A model generated the notes under the pieces. That model was not told the origin of the DNA. It did no database searches and saw only the letters and a list, made by a program, of their open reading frames with translations. 54,459 nucleotides of DNA from Perkinsus olseni (Eukaryota), in contig JABANN010000195.1 in NCBI GenBank assembly GCA_013115125.1, positions 1 through 54,459 of the forward strand. The letters run 5' to 3'. The translations under genes were made by a program, and so were the position numbers. Positions within the stretch are counted from its first letter, which is position 1, and each line of letters starts with the position of its first letter. Below, piece after piece: positions 1 through 13,876 of the stretch.

Positions 1-212
1 TATGGAGTATCTTTCGACCTTCATTATGGAGTATCTTTCGACCTTCATTATGGAGTATCTTTCGACCTTTTTTATGGAGTATCTTTCGACCTTTTTTATG
101 GAGTATCTTTCGACCTTTTTTATGGAGTATCTTTCGACCTTTTTTATGGAGTATCTTTCGACCTTTTTTTATGGAGTATCTTTCGACTTCTATCATGAGG
201 TATCTTTCGACC
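1..212. repeat. 24-bp tandem repeat (TATGGAGTATCTTTCGACCTT(CAT/TTT)), about 8-9 copies, may extend left of the window
   Basis: Directly visible unit. Its core is a variant of the dispersed intronic word ATGGAGTATCTTAGGTCGACC. Confidence 0.95.
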
Positions 213-218
213 TCAGTA

Positions 219-1385
219 GAAGAAGGTCATGTCGAGGTACAACTTCTCTTCGAGGTGGCGGCTTCAGTCCTGCCGGAGTACCTTCCGCAACTGCAGAGTT
301 TCCAGCTATGTGCAATAACTCAAGCATATGCCAAGGTAACCCGAAATTACCGCGCGCCACGAAATTATGTGAAGCTTTCACGAGACCATGAAGATCGTAA
401 TCTGGGTAGCCTATAACCAGGCAAATCTTGAGAAGTTGAATTGGAGACTGAATTATAGATAACCTGATAGTGAAGCGTTCGAGGTTAGTGAATGGCGATC
501 GTAAATATATGCCGTGCGACAGTGCAACAAAGATACTCTTCCCTCACAGAAGGACTCGTGAGCGGGAATTATAGAGTATGAATTGTAAATTGGGCGTCTG
601 TCTCCCTTTCCTACCCTCAGCTGGGTTTCTTGTCGCCGCCATTGTTCTCGGCCCTCTGTGAAGAGCTCACTACTCGTCTATCATCCGATGACGATCTCAC
701 AGCTGGAAGCAGCAGAAAGCGGAAGCCTGTGACTCCACTGGAGGCCCATCGGTAGAGGAGCTTCTTCGTTCTTCATATCACCTCGGGAGAGGTTGGTAGA
801 GCTCAGACGGGTTCAGAATGTTGCTCGAGTTGTGGTAGATCGCGAGATACCACGTTTGAGACACTGCGAGAGCAGTGTGTGAGAGAATGCTGCGCTAGCC
901 GATCGGTAGAGGTCGTGCGATCGACATATCGCTAGGCCTGAGTTTACTCAGTTGTCCTTCTTTTGGTCGCTCAACTTTCAGGTTTATAGTGTCGATGGCG
1001 ACGGTGGTTGATGTAGAGACAGTCGATGAGGGCCTTCGGGATGCCCTTCGGAGGTGTCTGGAGAGGATGATCAAAATTTGTCTTTATTACACAACTACGC
1101 AGCTAGACACAAAAGGGTGTCTGCAGCTGATGGCGGCGTTGAGGAAGCTGAAGCACTACGATGAGAAGTTCGTGAACACGCGACTGGTGAGGCTGGAAGG
1201 TCCCGGGCTCGAATCCCGGCGAGGACATTTTTGATGTATTTAGTTGCCGACGCTGAATCATCACTACATGAAGAGCAGGGCTGCTCCTGCAGGGGACGAC
1301 GGCCTTGCTAGAGTCCATGAGGGAGTGCTCATAGTGGAGTGCCTCACTGCTATGCCACAGGCAAGAAGGATACGAATCTTTTAAT
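219..1385 (+). CDS. Multi-exon alpha-helical repeat protein fragment (HPR/OPR/FAST-RAP-like); 5' part outside the window, end approximate
   Basis: Exons LLFEVAASVLPEYLPQLQSFQLCAITQAYAK| and ...QLDTKGCLQLMAALRKLKHYDEKFVNTRL|LPTLNHHY. Removing intron 1187-1243 (GT..AG) keeps the frame open. Confidence 0.5.
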
Positions 1386-3422
1386 TCATGCATCGCTCCG
1401 CTCCGCTCCACTCCACTGTTGCCCAATTACGTTCTATTGTTGCCAACGGCGAAGCGTCGGAATAAATGAGGATAAGGTGTCGCCACCAGAGTAATCAGGA
1501 TCAGCTTCAGCACTGGGTGCTACATTTGACACGCTTCTGATGATGTTGACCGTGCGCAACCGCATGGACACAATTTTGCGCTCCCAACAGACCATTGACG
1601 TGGCAATGGACGGCGTGTTCCTCATAATGATCAGGCCACAGCCATGACGGCAAGGTTGAGAGAGACCATCGTTTATGATGTTATTGGTTACATAGCGGAA
1701 GCCGACCTACCCTCATCGGTAGGACAGCCGCTTGTTCTTTATCAATGCTCATAGGAATTCGATCCTTGTTTTATGCTACCATCCCGGCCACAATGCATTC
1801 TCTCTATTTTGCCGCTGTGAGTCGAGAACGACGCACCCCTCACTTTTGAATGTCTCCACGCAAATTTTGTGGCAAAGTTTGAAACCTTGTATACGACCAC
1901 GCGCCTCAGTTTCAGGACCGGGCCGCCAGGGAGCTCCTGTCGGTGATGACTCGCCTGATGGCGTGCCTCCCTTCGAGTGAATCATCAGCAGCAGTTGAGT
2001 TGTGGGAAGCGTCTCGCCCTAAGCTGGTCAGGGCCATCGAAAGGCGACTGCCGATGTCCGATAGGTGGGCCCTCTTGGGATGAGTTGCGATTTTATTGGT
2101 ATGGCGTTTAGCGACTTGAAAAGATATCTTCGGATATGCGAGCGTGTTGATGACGAGGAGGTCGCGAGTATCTTGTCGGCTGAACTCGGAGCGACTCGGC
2201 GATGATCATCCATAATCCATGACTTTCTGTTTCTGTGGGTGTTTCTGTTCTTCCCGGACTGATTGCGTTTGGTACTCGACATTCGCGGGGCGTTGCATGT
2301 CCAAATGACCGAAGTTAGCAGCGGTTTCCGGGGGAGTTCAGTGAGCTAGTTCTGAACCAACTCGGAATCAATTCTCGAGTATACTTTTTCTCCACAAAAA
2401 GACTTGTTATGCGGAGGACAGCAGCGTTGTGGTCATTGACCGATCTTCAGATTAATTCTGGAGTAGAATGATCACTTTAAAAGGGGGTTACAGAACCGTC
2501 GGTGACCACAACAGTCAATGCGACCTGTGGTCGGCTGGACTACAGCCCTGGTACTGATCGGACGATCACACCTGGGCGAGAAAGAAAGATTGACTGTGAG
2601 CTGGTTCAGAATTGGCCTGTCGAACGCCCCCTGTCTGGTTGCTGATCCTGGCAGCGAGAGATTCTTTATCGTAGCAAGCCCAGCCAGTGGCTGCCTTCTC
2701 ATCACCTCTTCGCGGAAGTGTGTTTCTCATGTACGATTCTAGTACCACATCTTCCACATCTCGTCGTCCAGTGCAGCATCTTCGCCTGCAGTTGTCTGTG
2801 TTGGTGAAGGGCGACTGTTCCGAAGCTCTCGGTGAGGATCTGGTGACCCGAGGGGGCATGAGGGAGGTCAAGTCCCCTCGTCGGAGTGTTGCCGAGCTTT
2901 TCACGTAAGTATCTTCAGCTTGAGCGCTCAGGTTTGTATCCAATTATCATTGCTATTATCGTATCCCGCGTTCATACCAACAATTTCCGAACAATCACGA
3001 GAATCATTGAGGAGGCAGCATGCTAGGGGAACCATAGCAATTGGATGAATCCAACCACAGCGAGCTCCATTAGTCCATTTTTATCAGGCATTACTGGGCA
3101 CGTATTAAACCGCCAGACCGATCATGCTGCTGACTATTGTACTCATTTCGATGGACTCTTTGTCGTTAACTGACGAACTGGCGAAGCCCGCTGCGCTCAC
3201 GCTTTCAGTCGAAACCTGCGGAAAAATAATAATAGCAGTGCAACACATGAATCGGCAATGAGCCGAGAGCTTCCTCATCATCCCTATAATGGTGCTCCTC
3301 TAAACTCTCGTTAAATTAACTCGGCCGTGTGCTCGAAATTCTTCCGGCGTTCTTGTTTCAGCATTCGTCAGTGTCCATCCTGATGGTGGCTCAGGTATCG
3401 GCCTCTACACGGTGTCGGTAAC

Positions 3423-4042
3423 ATGAACGTGGCAGTGCATGAGACAGAGGCCCAGGTCCTCTACGACCTGCCTAATAGCGGCACTAGGTCAAGCTGTGGA
3501 GAGACGATACTCCGGTTCAGCGGTGCAAAAATACCCCTCCGTAGGTTCGAACCCGGGACCTCGATTGTCCAAGCCTTTCATTCAGGTACCGTCCTTGCTC
3601 AACACGTCTCAACACTCGAATCGGCCCCTTTAAAGTAAGCAGCTCAATCATTGCCGTGACCGCGCGCCACGAAATTCCTCTTTGTAGGTATCTGGTAAAC
3701 GGTCGGACGGTGACAGAGTGCCCCGCGTCACCAGTCGACATTCGGACCTTTCTTCTACAGAGCGGCTTTGAACTCATCGGCGATACCGGCATCCAGGCGC
3801 CCCTCTGGCAAGGTGGTTATCGTGATGGAGTATCTTAGGTTGATCATGGCTTGTTACGGATTTCAGGTATCAGCCCTCAAGGCGTTGTCGTGCGCATTTG
3901 TCGACTCTTCAACGGTCGACTGGACGGCCAGGTGCTCGGCGAGAAGGGCGAGGCTGCCTGGGAGGTGATGAGGCCTGCTAAGGCGTCGGCTAGCCCACCA
4001 CCCAACCCTGCAACACTCGAGGAGGTAGGCCATGGCTCATGA
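3423..4042 (+). CDS. Hypothetical multi-exon protein (start uncertain)
   Basis: ORF pieces 3423-3638, 3656-3838 and 3851-4042 join through short GT..AG introns at about 3523-3585, 3634-3687 and 3813-3866. Confidence 0.45.
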
Positions 4043-5419
4043 CGATCACCAAAGATATGACCAACGACAGGGGGTCAGCCGTAGATCGCGGATCGAGCTG
4101 GGGCATTCCGGTCGTCTGTGTGAGTTTACATTCCAACGCCTGTTGTTCCGGCTTCGTTAGACTCGAAGCTGATGTGCTCAGTTGGGGACTCGCTGTTGAC
4201 ACGCAGTACAAACAAACGGTTCATGAAGGACTTTTCTGGTGCCCAGTGCGGCTGCTCGATAAACTGCCATTCGGGAGCGCTTCGGGGATCGTCTTTCGTG
4301 CGCTAAATAAAATCTTGGGAGCGCTTCTGCAATTCATGAGATGCAGCAGTCTGTTGAACACTCGCACTGATGCGGCCTCTCTCATTTCCCCATTTCAATT
4401 TACCCGATCGTCAGGCCTGTCGGTCTGCGTCGTCGACCACAGAACCCGAGGTGGGGTGGTCGTTGGTACCCCAGCGTTGCCTCGTCACCATACAGGCCTC
4501 AGTGCCTGCAGTGAAGGGTGACGCTAATGCTGCTGCAGCTGGTGGTGAAGGTCAGACAAAACCGGTCGGTAGCGCGAGCGGTAGATAGTATCATTGCAAC
4601 GGTTCGTCCACCTTTCAGGTCGCCAAAGCCTCCTCCGCGACGAGTACGCCTACTAAGCGGTCGAAGATGGGGGACGGCGTCCAGCTGTTGGCTGTGGCTC
4701 GGCATATCGAGAGGCTTGCCGACATTGTAGCCTCTGAGAACTATGCTACATCGGATGTCCAGGACACCAGCTTGGAATATTTATGACGTTACTTCCCTTC
4801 ACGCTTACGGTTGCGTTCGATAGTCAAAGGCGGTTGCTGGGTGCGAGAGTATAAAGTCCATCGCCGACAGGACCCTTTATGTGCCTTTCTGTGGGCAACG
4901 GTTCAGCATGTTGATGAGACGTTCGTGTGATACCGGCAGATCATTTCACATACTGAGCTCCACAAGATTGAGCAACCTTACCAATTTTACGACCCTAGTG
5001 TTGCCGCGGTCCCCAACGACACCGCGAAGGTGAACAGAGCATAGCGGATATGACGACTAAAAAATACCAGCACGCTGGCAACATCAATCTTGTCGAGGGC
5101 GGGAAGTACTTAGTGCACTGAGAATTTGTGGAGGATTGGGGTGGCGGTTGAATGAGAAGGGAAGATCGTACTAGGCTATTAATGGCGTCCGAGGCTGCGT
5201 CGTTCAAATATCAGAAAAAAAGCTTGGCTTTCCTGATGAATCATGAGCTCATGTATGCCGAGAGTGAGGGAAGGCCGTTGAGGTGGGCCCGTGCGACGCT
5301 GCTGTCCCCACTCGGGGACGTCTCGGGCGACGGATGGTATCTTGCAGCTTAGCCTGGGGTACTCTAGCTAGCTGCGGGCTCGAAGACCAAGAACAAGATC
5401 ATTGGCATCGTGACCGAAA

Positions 5420-7241
5420 ATGAAGTTCATCGTAGCAGCAGCAGCAGCAGTCGCAGTGACCTCACTGGTCCAGGCTGAAGGGAGGGTGCCCTTCCCGGAA
5501 GAGGACCCCCTCTATTATTGCCACTCCGATATGACTTGGGGTGACATACCCGAGCGCAGCGACAAGCCTGATGCCAAGCCGGTAGGTTATAATGAATCTG
5601 CCTGGAATTGAACCCGGGACCTTGTGTAGGAGCGTGTAGTCGTCTTCGGTCGTCATGGTGCTAGAGTGCTCACCAGAGACCTCACCTGCTGGGAGGGAGA
5701 TGACACTGAGTAAGCCCTTCGTCCCTGTCTCTTCCCTTCATCCGTGTCCAGGTATATGTGCCCCGTCGCCACCTACTACGGGTTCATCAACAGCCCCTCT
5801 GAGGGCACTGGGGTCGGTTGGACCAGACTGGGCGGCAAGCGGATGTTGTTGAAGGGCAACTGCACTTATGGTGACCACTGTGATGAGCTTAGCACCCTGT
5901 TAGTGTCTTCGATCAGGCCAAGTGGTGGAGCCCGGCATCCAGCAGCATCTCCTCAACGGACAAGCCCTCAGGGCAGCCTACGCCGAGTCCCTGGGCTTAG
6001 GAGAGGTACCTCACTCGTCGGTACCACTCCTCTGCCAACTCCCTGCTGATCAGGCCCCCCTGGAACCGCAGGTTATGTTCCGATCAACTGAGTTCACCCG
6101 GACCATCCACAGTGCCCAGGCCCTCGCCATGGGACTCTTCCCGAACATTCGAGAATGTAAGGCTTCAGCCGGCGGCCCTCCCTCGCAGCAACCCTTCCCG
6201 TGGTAGATGGCCCCGACGCTCTGGACATAGTCATTGACGATCTCGATGTCGATTCGATGACGCCCAAGCCGAGGGTGAGCTCCGATCACCAGCGCGTTGC
6301 GAGTTGCGAGATTTATGGTATTCATCAGGTGTGTTCACGCCTGGCAGGCTCCTTGGACGACTTCCTCCAGTCATCGGAGGCAGTGAAGAGGACAGATGAA
6401 TCGGCCCTTGAACGAAAGTTCATCGGCCTTACCAGCGGCCGATACGATGAGTTCAACACCAACGATCCGAAGAAAATGGACGGCCTCTACTCCGGGATGC
6501 TGGTAACTCCGTTCTTCCCTTGCGGTTGTTATCACTTTAGTCTGATCCCTTTCAGGATTGCCTGATGAGCCACATTTGCTCGACAGTGCCGAGCACTTCA
6601 CGAGAAGTGCCTTTCGGGTTGGGCGCTGAGAGTCCCCTGTTGAAGAGGATCTCCGACGAGGCCACCTACTGGGACTTGCTGCAGTACAACTCATCAGCAG
6701 AAACTCGCCGGCTTGCCTTCGGCCCTCTCATCGAGGTGAACAGCTCTGCGATGGCGCATCTGTTGACCCGATATGTCTCAGGATGTCCTCGAAGACCTCG
6801 ACCTCCCAGAGAGGCGTTTGTCTGTTTACATCGGTCATGATACCGGCCCGACCAGCGTCTTCACTGCTGCCCTGGATATGACATGTAACTCCGCCCCTTG
6901 CAGGCCCCCCTTGATTTACGATGGATTCGCTCAGGGTTGGACTCCCAACACAAGTGCGCCAACTACTGGCCGCCGTTCGCCACGATGCTCATCCTAGAGA
7001 TCTACGACGATAACCAGGCCCGATGGATCTTCAATGGCAGAGTTGCCTCCGTCGATGCCATCGAGGAGTGCCGTGGGAAGTGAGTTCAGCAGTCACGACG
7101 CAAGTGTCCTTCAACAGTTCGTTCAGGGAAACTTGCGATTTCGATCTGATGTACGACTACCTCGCCGAGATGATACCAAGCGACTTCGAGTGCAACGGCG
7201 CCCCCAAGCTCAACCACGGGCACCTGAGATATTCCCACTAA
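5420..7241 (+). CDS. Secreted histidine acid phosphatase (His_Phos_2 family), multi-exon
   Basis: Signal-like MKFIVAAAAAVAVTSLVQA. After intron 5582-5629 it reads ERVVVFGRHGAR (RHGxR motif). Later exons give RSTEFTRTIHSAQALAMGLFP, YIGHDTG (HD motif) and WPPFATMLILEIY. Confidence 0.9.
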
Positions 7242-7759
7242 CTTTATTATCATGTACAGATTCTTTTGTTCAGCTAGCAACCTTTTTTGGACTTTCTGTT
7301 CACAACTGTTTGCCTTATTTTCTAAACCGTTCTCGAGAGAGACTTTGCATTGTCGCGTTTGTCAGTCTTCAACCATTCAAGCTTGGCCTACTCGGGAAGC
7401 TCCTCAGCTCCAGGCTAGAGTGCTGGCCTGAGGCTTTCCGTCGCTGCTGGTCCCGTATACCATGTGCGGTCGCTTAGCCGGAGCAACCCCTCCGACGGTC
7501 TGAGACACACTGTGAGGGTTTTTCGGAGATGAACGATATTCCCACTCATCGGAACTATCCGATGTTCGCTCAGCCAGACAACTGTGAAACGCAAGACGAT
7601 GAGATCAGAGAACCGTAGAACGAGGATGAAGGGGACACCCGACAAAGCAGTAACCAGGAAGTCGACACCGATACGAGCACATCGAAGAATGATTCACAAC
7701 CACCATCACCCAATACTATCGAGAGAGGCTGAGCCCGCTGCTGTTGCAACAGCCCTTCA

Positions 7760-9651
7760 TTCAAGGCTTATTGCAGCGGCGGCGTTGTAAGCACACAGGG
7801 GCCTCTCGACGACAATGTCCATCATGAACGCCATCATCACAACCACTTTGAGGGGGATTCCACTACTTTTTGCTAACATATAGGGAGTCTTGTCTGGTAT
7901 AGAAACACAGGTAAGCACCAGTGAGTTCACACTCTCAAGAAAAGGATTATCATTGTAGTGAGATCATAACGAATGGTAACATGAGTCCATTGAGGACAGA
8001 ATAACAACAACAGCAGCAGCAGCAGCACGCGAGGGGTAGGAGTTACCCAGTAGAGCTGCTCGTGGAGCTTCCCCTTGCCGGAGGTCCATCAGAGGGGCCA
8101 GCAGGCGGCTCCTCCACCATAGAGGATAGGAAGTCGTGCATGGCCGTTGCGTTCTGAGACGGTGGAGTCCCCCCAGCGTGGCCGAGGGCGCCGCCAGTGA
8201 GGTGTGCCAGAGCACTACTACGAACGGCCTGCCAACAAAAGAAGAAGACGTTAGAAAATCATTGACCTGTTGGCACTCACTCTGAATACGGTCTCGATGA
8301 GCTTGGCCAGTTCTGCCTGTGAGGTACCACTGTGGCTGAGTACCGCGGCTGCTGCCGCTGCTGCAGCAGTTGAAGTCGCCAGATTCTCCGCCTCCTCGAG
8401 GGCCTTAGCAGAAAGGGCTTGCACAGAAGTGTCAGCCGGTAGGTCCGAACCAGGGACCTCGGGGATGAGCTCCCGCTGTTCTAACCCGGAGACCACAGGG
8501 GAAGCCTGCAACGAAAGCACAATCCACAACCCACTCCTCCCCTGCCTTTATTACAGCAGCATTAATGAGCGCCAAGTCGGCATCACTGAGGGCCGCGAAG
8601 GGGTCGGGCGGGCCCGGAGTCGCTCCATTAGGAGGCCCTCCCTGGGTGGGAGCTGATGTCTTGGTCGGGGAATCATCGGATCCAGATCTGGTCGTGGCGT
8701 CGCCCGCTGGGTTCGGCAGCAGAGGTCCTCCACGGTTCCTGACAGATAACACGATCGAGCGTGAGACTGCCGTGTTGGCTTACTCTTCTGGGGCAGCCTC
8801 TCCACTGTACGTCCTAGTAGGAACAGGCAGGGGTTGCTGGGGGTCTTTCTCGCTGCCACTTCTGTCTATCTCACCGGCAGCCCGAGCGTTACGAGCCCAC
8901 TTAGCCTCGAAGTGCCCTAATAAAAGGGGATTCGCGGGAATTGTGGTATGAGAACTGAGTGTACATGTCCTTCCAAAGGGGTCATCCATCATGATCTTGC
9001 CTTCCTCACAGGCCCTCAATGCCATGACGCAGCTCTCACGGTAGCAGAAGCGGACGAAGCCGTAGCACCGCGGGAGATGAGTCACCGGGTCGTACACCAC
9101 TTTCACGTGTTCAATAGGGCCGAAAGCCCCGAAACGACAAGCTGATCACAAAAGAGGGGAAAGTTGGTGACGATGCTAGGGGTCCTCGGCCCACCTAGAT
9201 CCACCTCCTGCGCCTCCCTAGGGAAGCGATAGACCATAAGGGTCCTTGTAGCCAGCTGAGGGTCATTGTAGTCCGTCGGGGGATAGGCCGCACCGCCGCC
9301 GCTGCCTCCCGAACCCGTCCTATTCTTCCCAGGACCTCCTCTTGGCGTCGGGAAGCTCCCAGCAGACACTGTGGTCCTCCTCATCATACCACCACCAGTA
9401 TCAGGCATGTTGATCCTCGAAGCCGGGGCACTGGGGCGCCGAGCTGATCGAAACCGCAGCCGATCGCCCTCCTCCGATGCGCTCTCGGACGTCTCAGTGT
9501 CGGTCCGTATGGGTGCAGCAAGGGCCACAGTGGCTCGCCTAGGTGGTACGACGAATGGCGGGCCATCGTGGGCTCCTCCCTCCCCGCCGGTCTCCTCCTG
9601 TGGGGGATACGCTCCCCCTTCCACCGAGCCGCCGCCAGCAGCAGTTGACAT
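7760..9651 (-). CDS. RRM RNA-binding protein, multi-exon (3' end approximate)
   Basis: RTLMVYRFPREAQEVDL (RNP2-like) and KVVYDPVTHLPRCYGFVRF (RNP1), flanked by low-complexity Gly/Pro/Ala regions. Confidence 0.75.
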
Positions 9652-10360
9652 GGTATTGAACAGGTAAGAAAGATATTTTAAGGAAGCCTGAGTGTTAAGT
9701 CACGCGGCATCTCCGACAGATATCAGCGTGATGCCGGTGTGCACGCGTCACCAGAGTCCCGTACGCATACACAAGGCCAGAAGGACCCTTGCACAGCGGC
9801 GATCCGTGGCTAAACGGCCGGGCGGCGTCCAGTGCATGAAAGCGATATAACAGGTTCAGAGGAGCCTCCGGTGAGGATAGGGCAAATGCCCGTAGAGGGA
9901 GTAGTGAGAATATGTGCTGGCATCCAGGCTGCACGCATGCGCATGGTGCGAGTTTCTGCCCCTAACGTTCTGGCTAGTATGAGTGTTATGTATGAGCAGG
10001 TCGGGTGTGATAGAAATCGTCCTCGTCTAATGTTTTGGCGATGATGCGTCAGTGTCGAGGATTGGGCCTCCCCTTGGCGAAGCTCAAAGGAACTCAACCT
10101 TTCCACAGGAAAGTGGAGACCTGATTCACACGCAGCCACATAACGAGGGCATCTTGCCATGAGCCGACATGCTTGTTCTACTCGGAGTTAAAAGATTTGG
10201 AGGAGGGTGGCCTGATAGAGAGTACCAGACGAGACGGGTACGGGCGGGTTCTGGTACGGGCCCCGTACCAGAACATTCGTAACTTATTATGAGCTTTGTG
10301 TAAGCGCGTAGAGCTGATTCCCCTCGAGAGAGTACGCTTGGAAGAATGGTAGAAAAGACC

Positions 10361-11870
10361 TTACACTGCTTCTTGTCTAGCGATGACTATGAGCAAAAAC
10401 TGGTGCCTAGACCCCCAGTAGAGCAACACACCTTCATAGAGACCTCCAAGCACGTCGGCTTCCCACATGCATGCTATCTGGGGATCGTTTAAGTGGTGCA
10501 CTATTGCCACCTGGGGCGTCAGAGGGCTCCAACAGTCGCCGGGGTGGGTGAGTTCTGAACAGGCAAGTAGAGAGCCCCCCGGCAAGCCTCCTCACCAGTG
10601 CAACACTTGGGCACCATAGAGAAGAGGTCTTCATCGACATCGCCGATCGTGTAGGATCGGGGCAGCTGGTACATATAGTAGCCGTAGCTGGCGTCCTCGG
10701 TAGGGAGCTGTATCAACCTAACCTTCACAGTGCACTCAAAATACAAGACACCGGGAGCCCAAGGAGAAAGGGAACCCTCCACGCACTCGTCAGCTAGCTC
10801 GGCAATGTCCAATACCAAGTCCATAGAGATGGCAAGAAGGGAGCCTGGCAGAGCTCGCTTTGAGGACGAACAACCAGGCTGGTCACCACCTCGGGCGTAG
10901 GGCGGGAGTACGCTCTCCTTATTGGGTAGTAGACGACGGTCGACGGCAGAGTCCACAGGGCCGCTCCGATCGAAGGAACCCCAGTAGTATCCGACAGGCT
11001 GGATGCTGAGAGGTTGATCCGTGCTCTTGACGAGTGATAAAGATTCGCGGCAGCAGACCTGTTAAGTCGGTCGAGGATAGCAGCAGGCCTCAAGTAAACG
11101 TCATCATCACACTTGATCCACCAGGAGGCGTTGGGGTAAGCTGAGCTGACCCACTTTATCGTCGCTAGGCCTGCATAGGGCTACCACCATCACAGAGTGC
11201 TCTCCCTGCTGTCTATTCCCGTGTAGTGCACGGATCGACCTAAGATACTCGAGTGGGGGCCGGCCTACTCAGCGGCTATTTGATAAGAGTCGAGTGGATG
11301 GTCTGACAATTTTCCAGAGACGATCGCGTTGCAAAAGTTTCGAACCATTGCCGTACTTGGAGCACCAATCGTCTTTACTGGAATGCTCTCCACGACCATG
11401 ATTCGATCGCTGTCGGAATCTTTCCGACGCAGTGGCCCAACCAAACGGTGGTACGATGGAACTATAGTTCATCACAGAGGATAAAATACGGTCCTTTAGT
11501 CTGCGCAAAATTGCGGAAGGGCGAACATCACTGGGACGGTATGCCTGTCACCATGTTGAACTCGAAGGGAGGGAAAGTGGTATGGTGTGTCACCCTCGCG
11601 TGTCACCCTTGCGTCCAACAGGATACTCCTCGGGGACATCACGGAGTACAATAATGTCATGAAAGATACTTCCTTCCCTGCGCAGTAGACCAAGCTCCTC
11701 GACCTCAGCATCCGCACCAGCGATTATGAAGTAGTGAGGGACGTTCATCTGAGATGGGACGCTGGGCAGGACAGAGGGATGGACCTTAGGCGAGATGCAG
11801 CGACGGAAAAAAGTAAAATCAGTTCTTCTGAGTCGTAAGGCAAGCCGCCGAGAAGGCGATGACAATGCGG
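10361..11870 (-). CDS. Glycosyltransferase family 31 (beta-1,3-galactosyltransferase-like), multi-exon
   Basis: LLRREGSIFHDIIVLRDVPEEYPVGRKG|LATIKWVSSAYPNASWWIKCDDDVYLRP (KxDDD motif) and PPYARGG. May be joined to the ORF at 12010-12888. Confidence 0.75.
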
Positions 11871-12009
11871 TGCTCTAGTTTACTTCTCGATCCGCGCGGG
11901 GAAGCGATCAAGTGCAGTAGCGTCCACCACGAGCACCAACAAATATTGGTCACCGAAATTCCGCCGCGGATGCTAACATTCACGCGGTACAGAGAGGCTC
12001 TCTGTACTG

Positions 12010-12888
12010 CTAGTGGGAGACTCTCAGGTGCGCAACTTCAAGGCTTGCTATTCTGAGTGCTGCGGTACGCCGTAGCTCACTTACACCCTTCAACGCCCTC
12101 ACCCAACTCTGTCGAATCGTCATCCGTCTCTCGAAGGCCCTCCTCCTTGTGAAGATAGTAACAACAGCGTCATAGGCTGATCGATCTCGGCAAGCACTTT
12201 CGATGTAGCGCTCTCGTTCCACCGGATAGCGGTAACGCAAATGCAACCATTCCTGCGTCAACCTCATGGCACTCTTCTGGACCTCCCAAGCATCTTTTGT
12301 GTATGCGTGCAAAAGATCCACAGCCCCACTCGGACTGAAATCGATCGCCTTCACCATGGCCAACCCCATGAACCGCGAGGCAGTCGAGATCCTATCAGCG
12401 GCTTTGGCGTCGACTATCGGCACGCTATGATGAGCGAAGCAATCCAGGAGCACTTGAGGCAGCAGTCTTTCCTCGATTTCCCTCAGCAGTATCGCCGTGA
12501 AGCGGTAAGACGCAAAGGCTTCACTTCGATCCATTCCGCCGTGAAAATCATCAACATACAGATGCTCAGCAAGACCGACTCTGGAGGCGTCCTCAACGAT
12601 GGCCGCGATCTTGGGGGTCCACTCGGAGGGTGGTGGCAGCAAGATCGAGAGAAGTTCACTTTTGCGGTCGAAAAGTCGCGCTGGCTTTTCTTCGTAAACA
12701 GAGCCGTCACAATGATGATACTTTCCTGATCTTTCAGCGAGACGCAGACCCTCATGGAAATCGGAGAAAATGATGTCAAGGTCGGCAGGAGAGGCTTCCT
12801 CATTCGGTGTCTCGAACGCCACCCGGCAGGATGAGGCAATCAGACTCAGTGAGAAGAAAATAAGAGCCTCATGAAGCATTGAAGGCAA
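12010..12888 (-). CDS. 292-aa ORF with hydrophobic N-terminus; possibly the first exon of the GT31 gene
   Basis: Long ORF starting MLHEALIFFSLSLIASS, with a candidate donor GTAAGT near 12080. Confidence 0.55.
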   Translation of the reverse strand: MPSMLHEALIFFSLSLIASSCRVAFETPNEEASPADLDIIFSDFHEGLRLAERSGKYHHCDGSVYEEKPARLFDRKSELLSILLPPPSEWTPKIAAIVEDASRVGLAEHLYVDDFHGGMDRSEAFASYRFTAILLREIEERLLPQVLLDCFAHHSVPIVDAKAADRISTASRFMGLAMVKAIDFSPSGAVDLLHAYTKDAWEVQKSAMRLTQEWLHLRYRYPVERERYIESACRDRSAYDAVVTIFTRRRAFERRMTIRQSWVRALKGVSELRRTAALRIASLEVAHLRVSH

Positions 12889-13876
12889 CTGCGACGTTGA
12901 TGATTACAGACGGGCAGAATGGCAGAGGGACTACCGCTCTCTTGCAACAAGATACCTCGGTGCTAGTCTTGACTAAGCCGGTTTTTCGCACGAAAAAAAC
13001 CATGTAAAAAACTCACAAACCACGCTACTTCCTGTCAACACTCTCGCTGACTCCGAGAAAACGACGGCGGATAGAAATTGAAGTTGTTGTGCACTATTCC
13101 CGAGGGCTTTGGAAACCGACGACGGATCCTCGGTCACGAAGAGACTGACGTTATCAGAGGCAGTAAAAAGAAATTAAGGGGCTCACACTGTATCATTCGT
13201 GACAGTCACAGTCTAGTAATCATATTCTTCGATAACAGCGATACCGTCCCTTGCTCAACTCCAACTTCCACCAGGACGACAAGGCCTCTCTATCTGACTC
13301 CGGTAGCTTCTCCCCTCTATGAAGAGTGGGGACAGACAACACAAGCCACTCGGATGGTATTAAAAAATACTGTCAAACAGATGGGGTGTGGGTGCCACCG
13401 CCGGTCTATTAAAAACGCTATTGACGTTGCTGCTGATGATAATAATAGTGTATGCACGTAAGTGTCACAAAAAAGGAGGCTTCTCAGAATTGATGCCAAC
13501 AGAATTGATGGTGTTATTGTAACCAATGGTACAGAGCGGCGAGGACACTACAAAACCCCCGGACCTTTGAACCTGAGACGACGATGGACATCCGCAAGCC
13601 GACGGCCAGGAGGAACCGAATAAGATCAACACGAGGAAGCAAGAGCGCGGCAAAACGGGATCGACATCTGAGGAAATAAACTAATTTCGAGACTCAGAGT
13701 CGATTCTGGAATCCATATGTAGAGGGCTGCGTCCGCGGATGGCGGTGAAATACGACAATCTTGCTACCAGTCATATACTCAAGTTCGCTAAATCTGTCTG
13801 TTCTGAAAAGTATAGACGGGAGAAAGGGCGAGGATAATAGCATCCTTCGCTTCACAAGAATCGGACGACCGTTGAC

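Noticed and set aside
1-212. CRISPR-like array or MEYLSTFF repeat protein
   Set aside because: The repeats are contiguous with no unique spacers, the context is eukaryotic with no cas genes, and the ORF follows from a 24-bp unit.
1732-2943. Possible minus-strand gene
   Set aside because: Short ORFs without recognisable motifs or a convincing exon chain.
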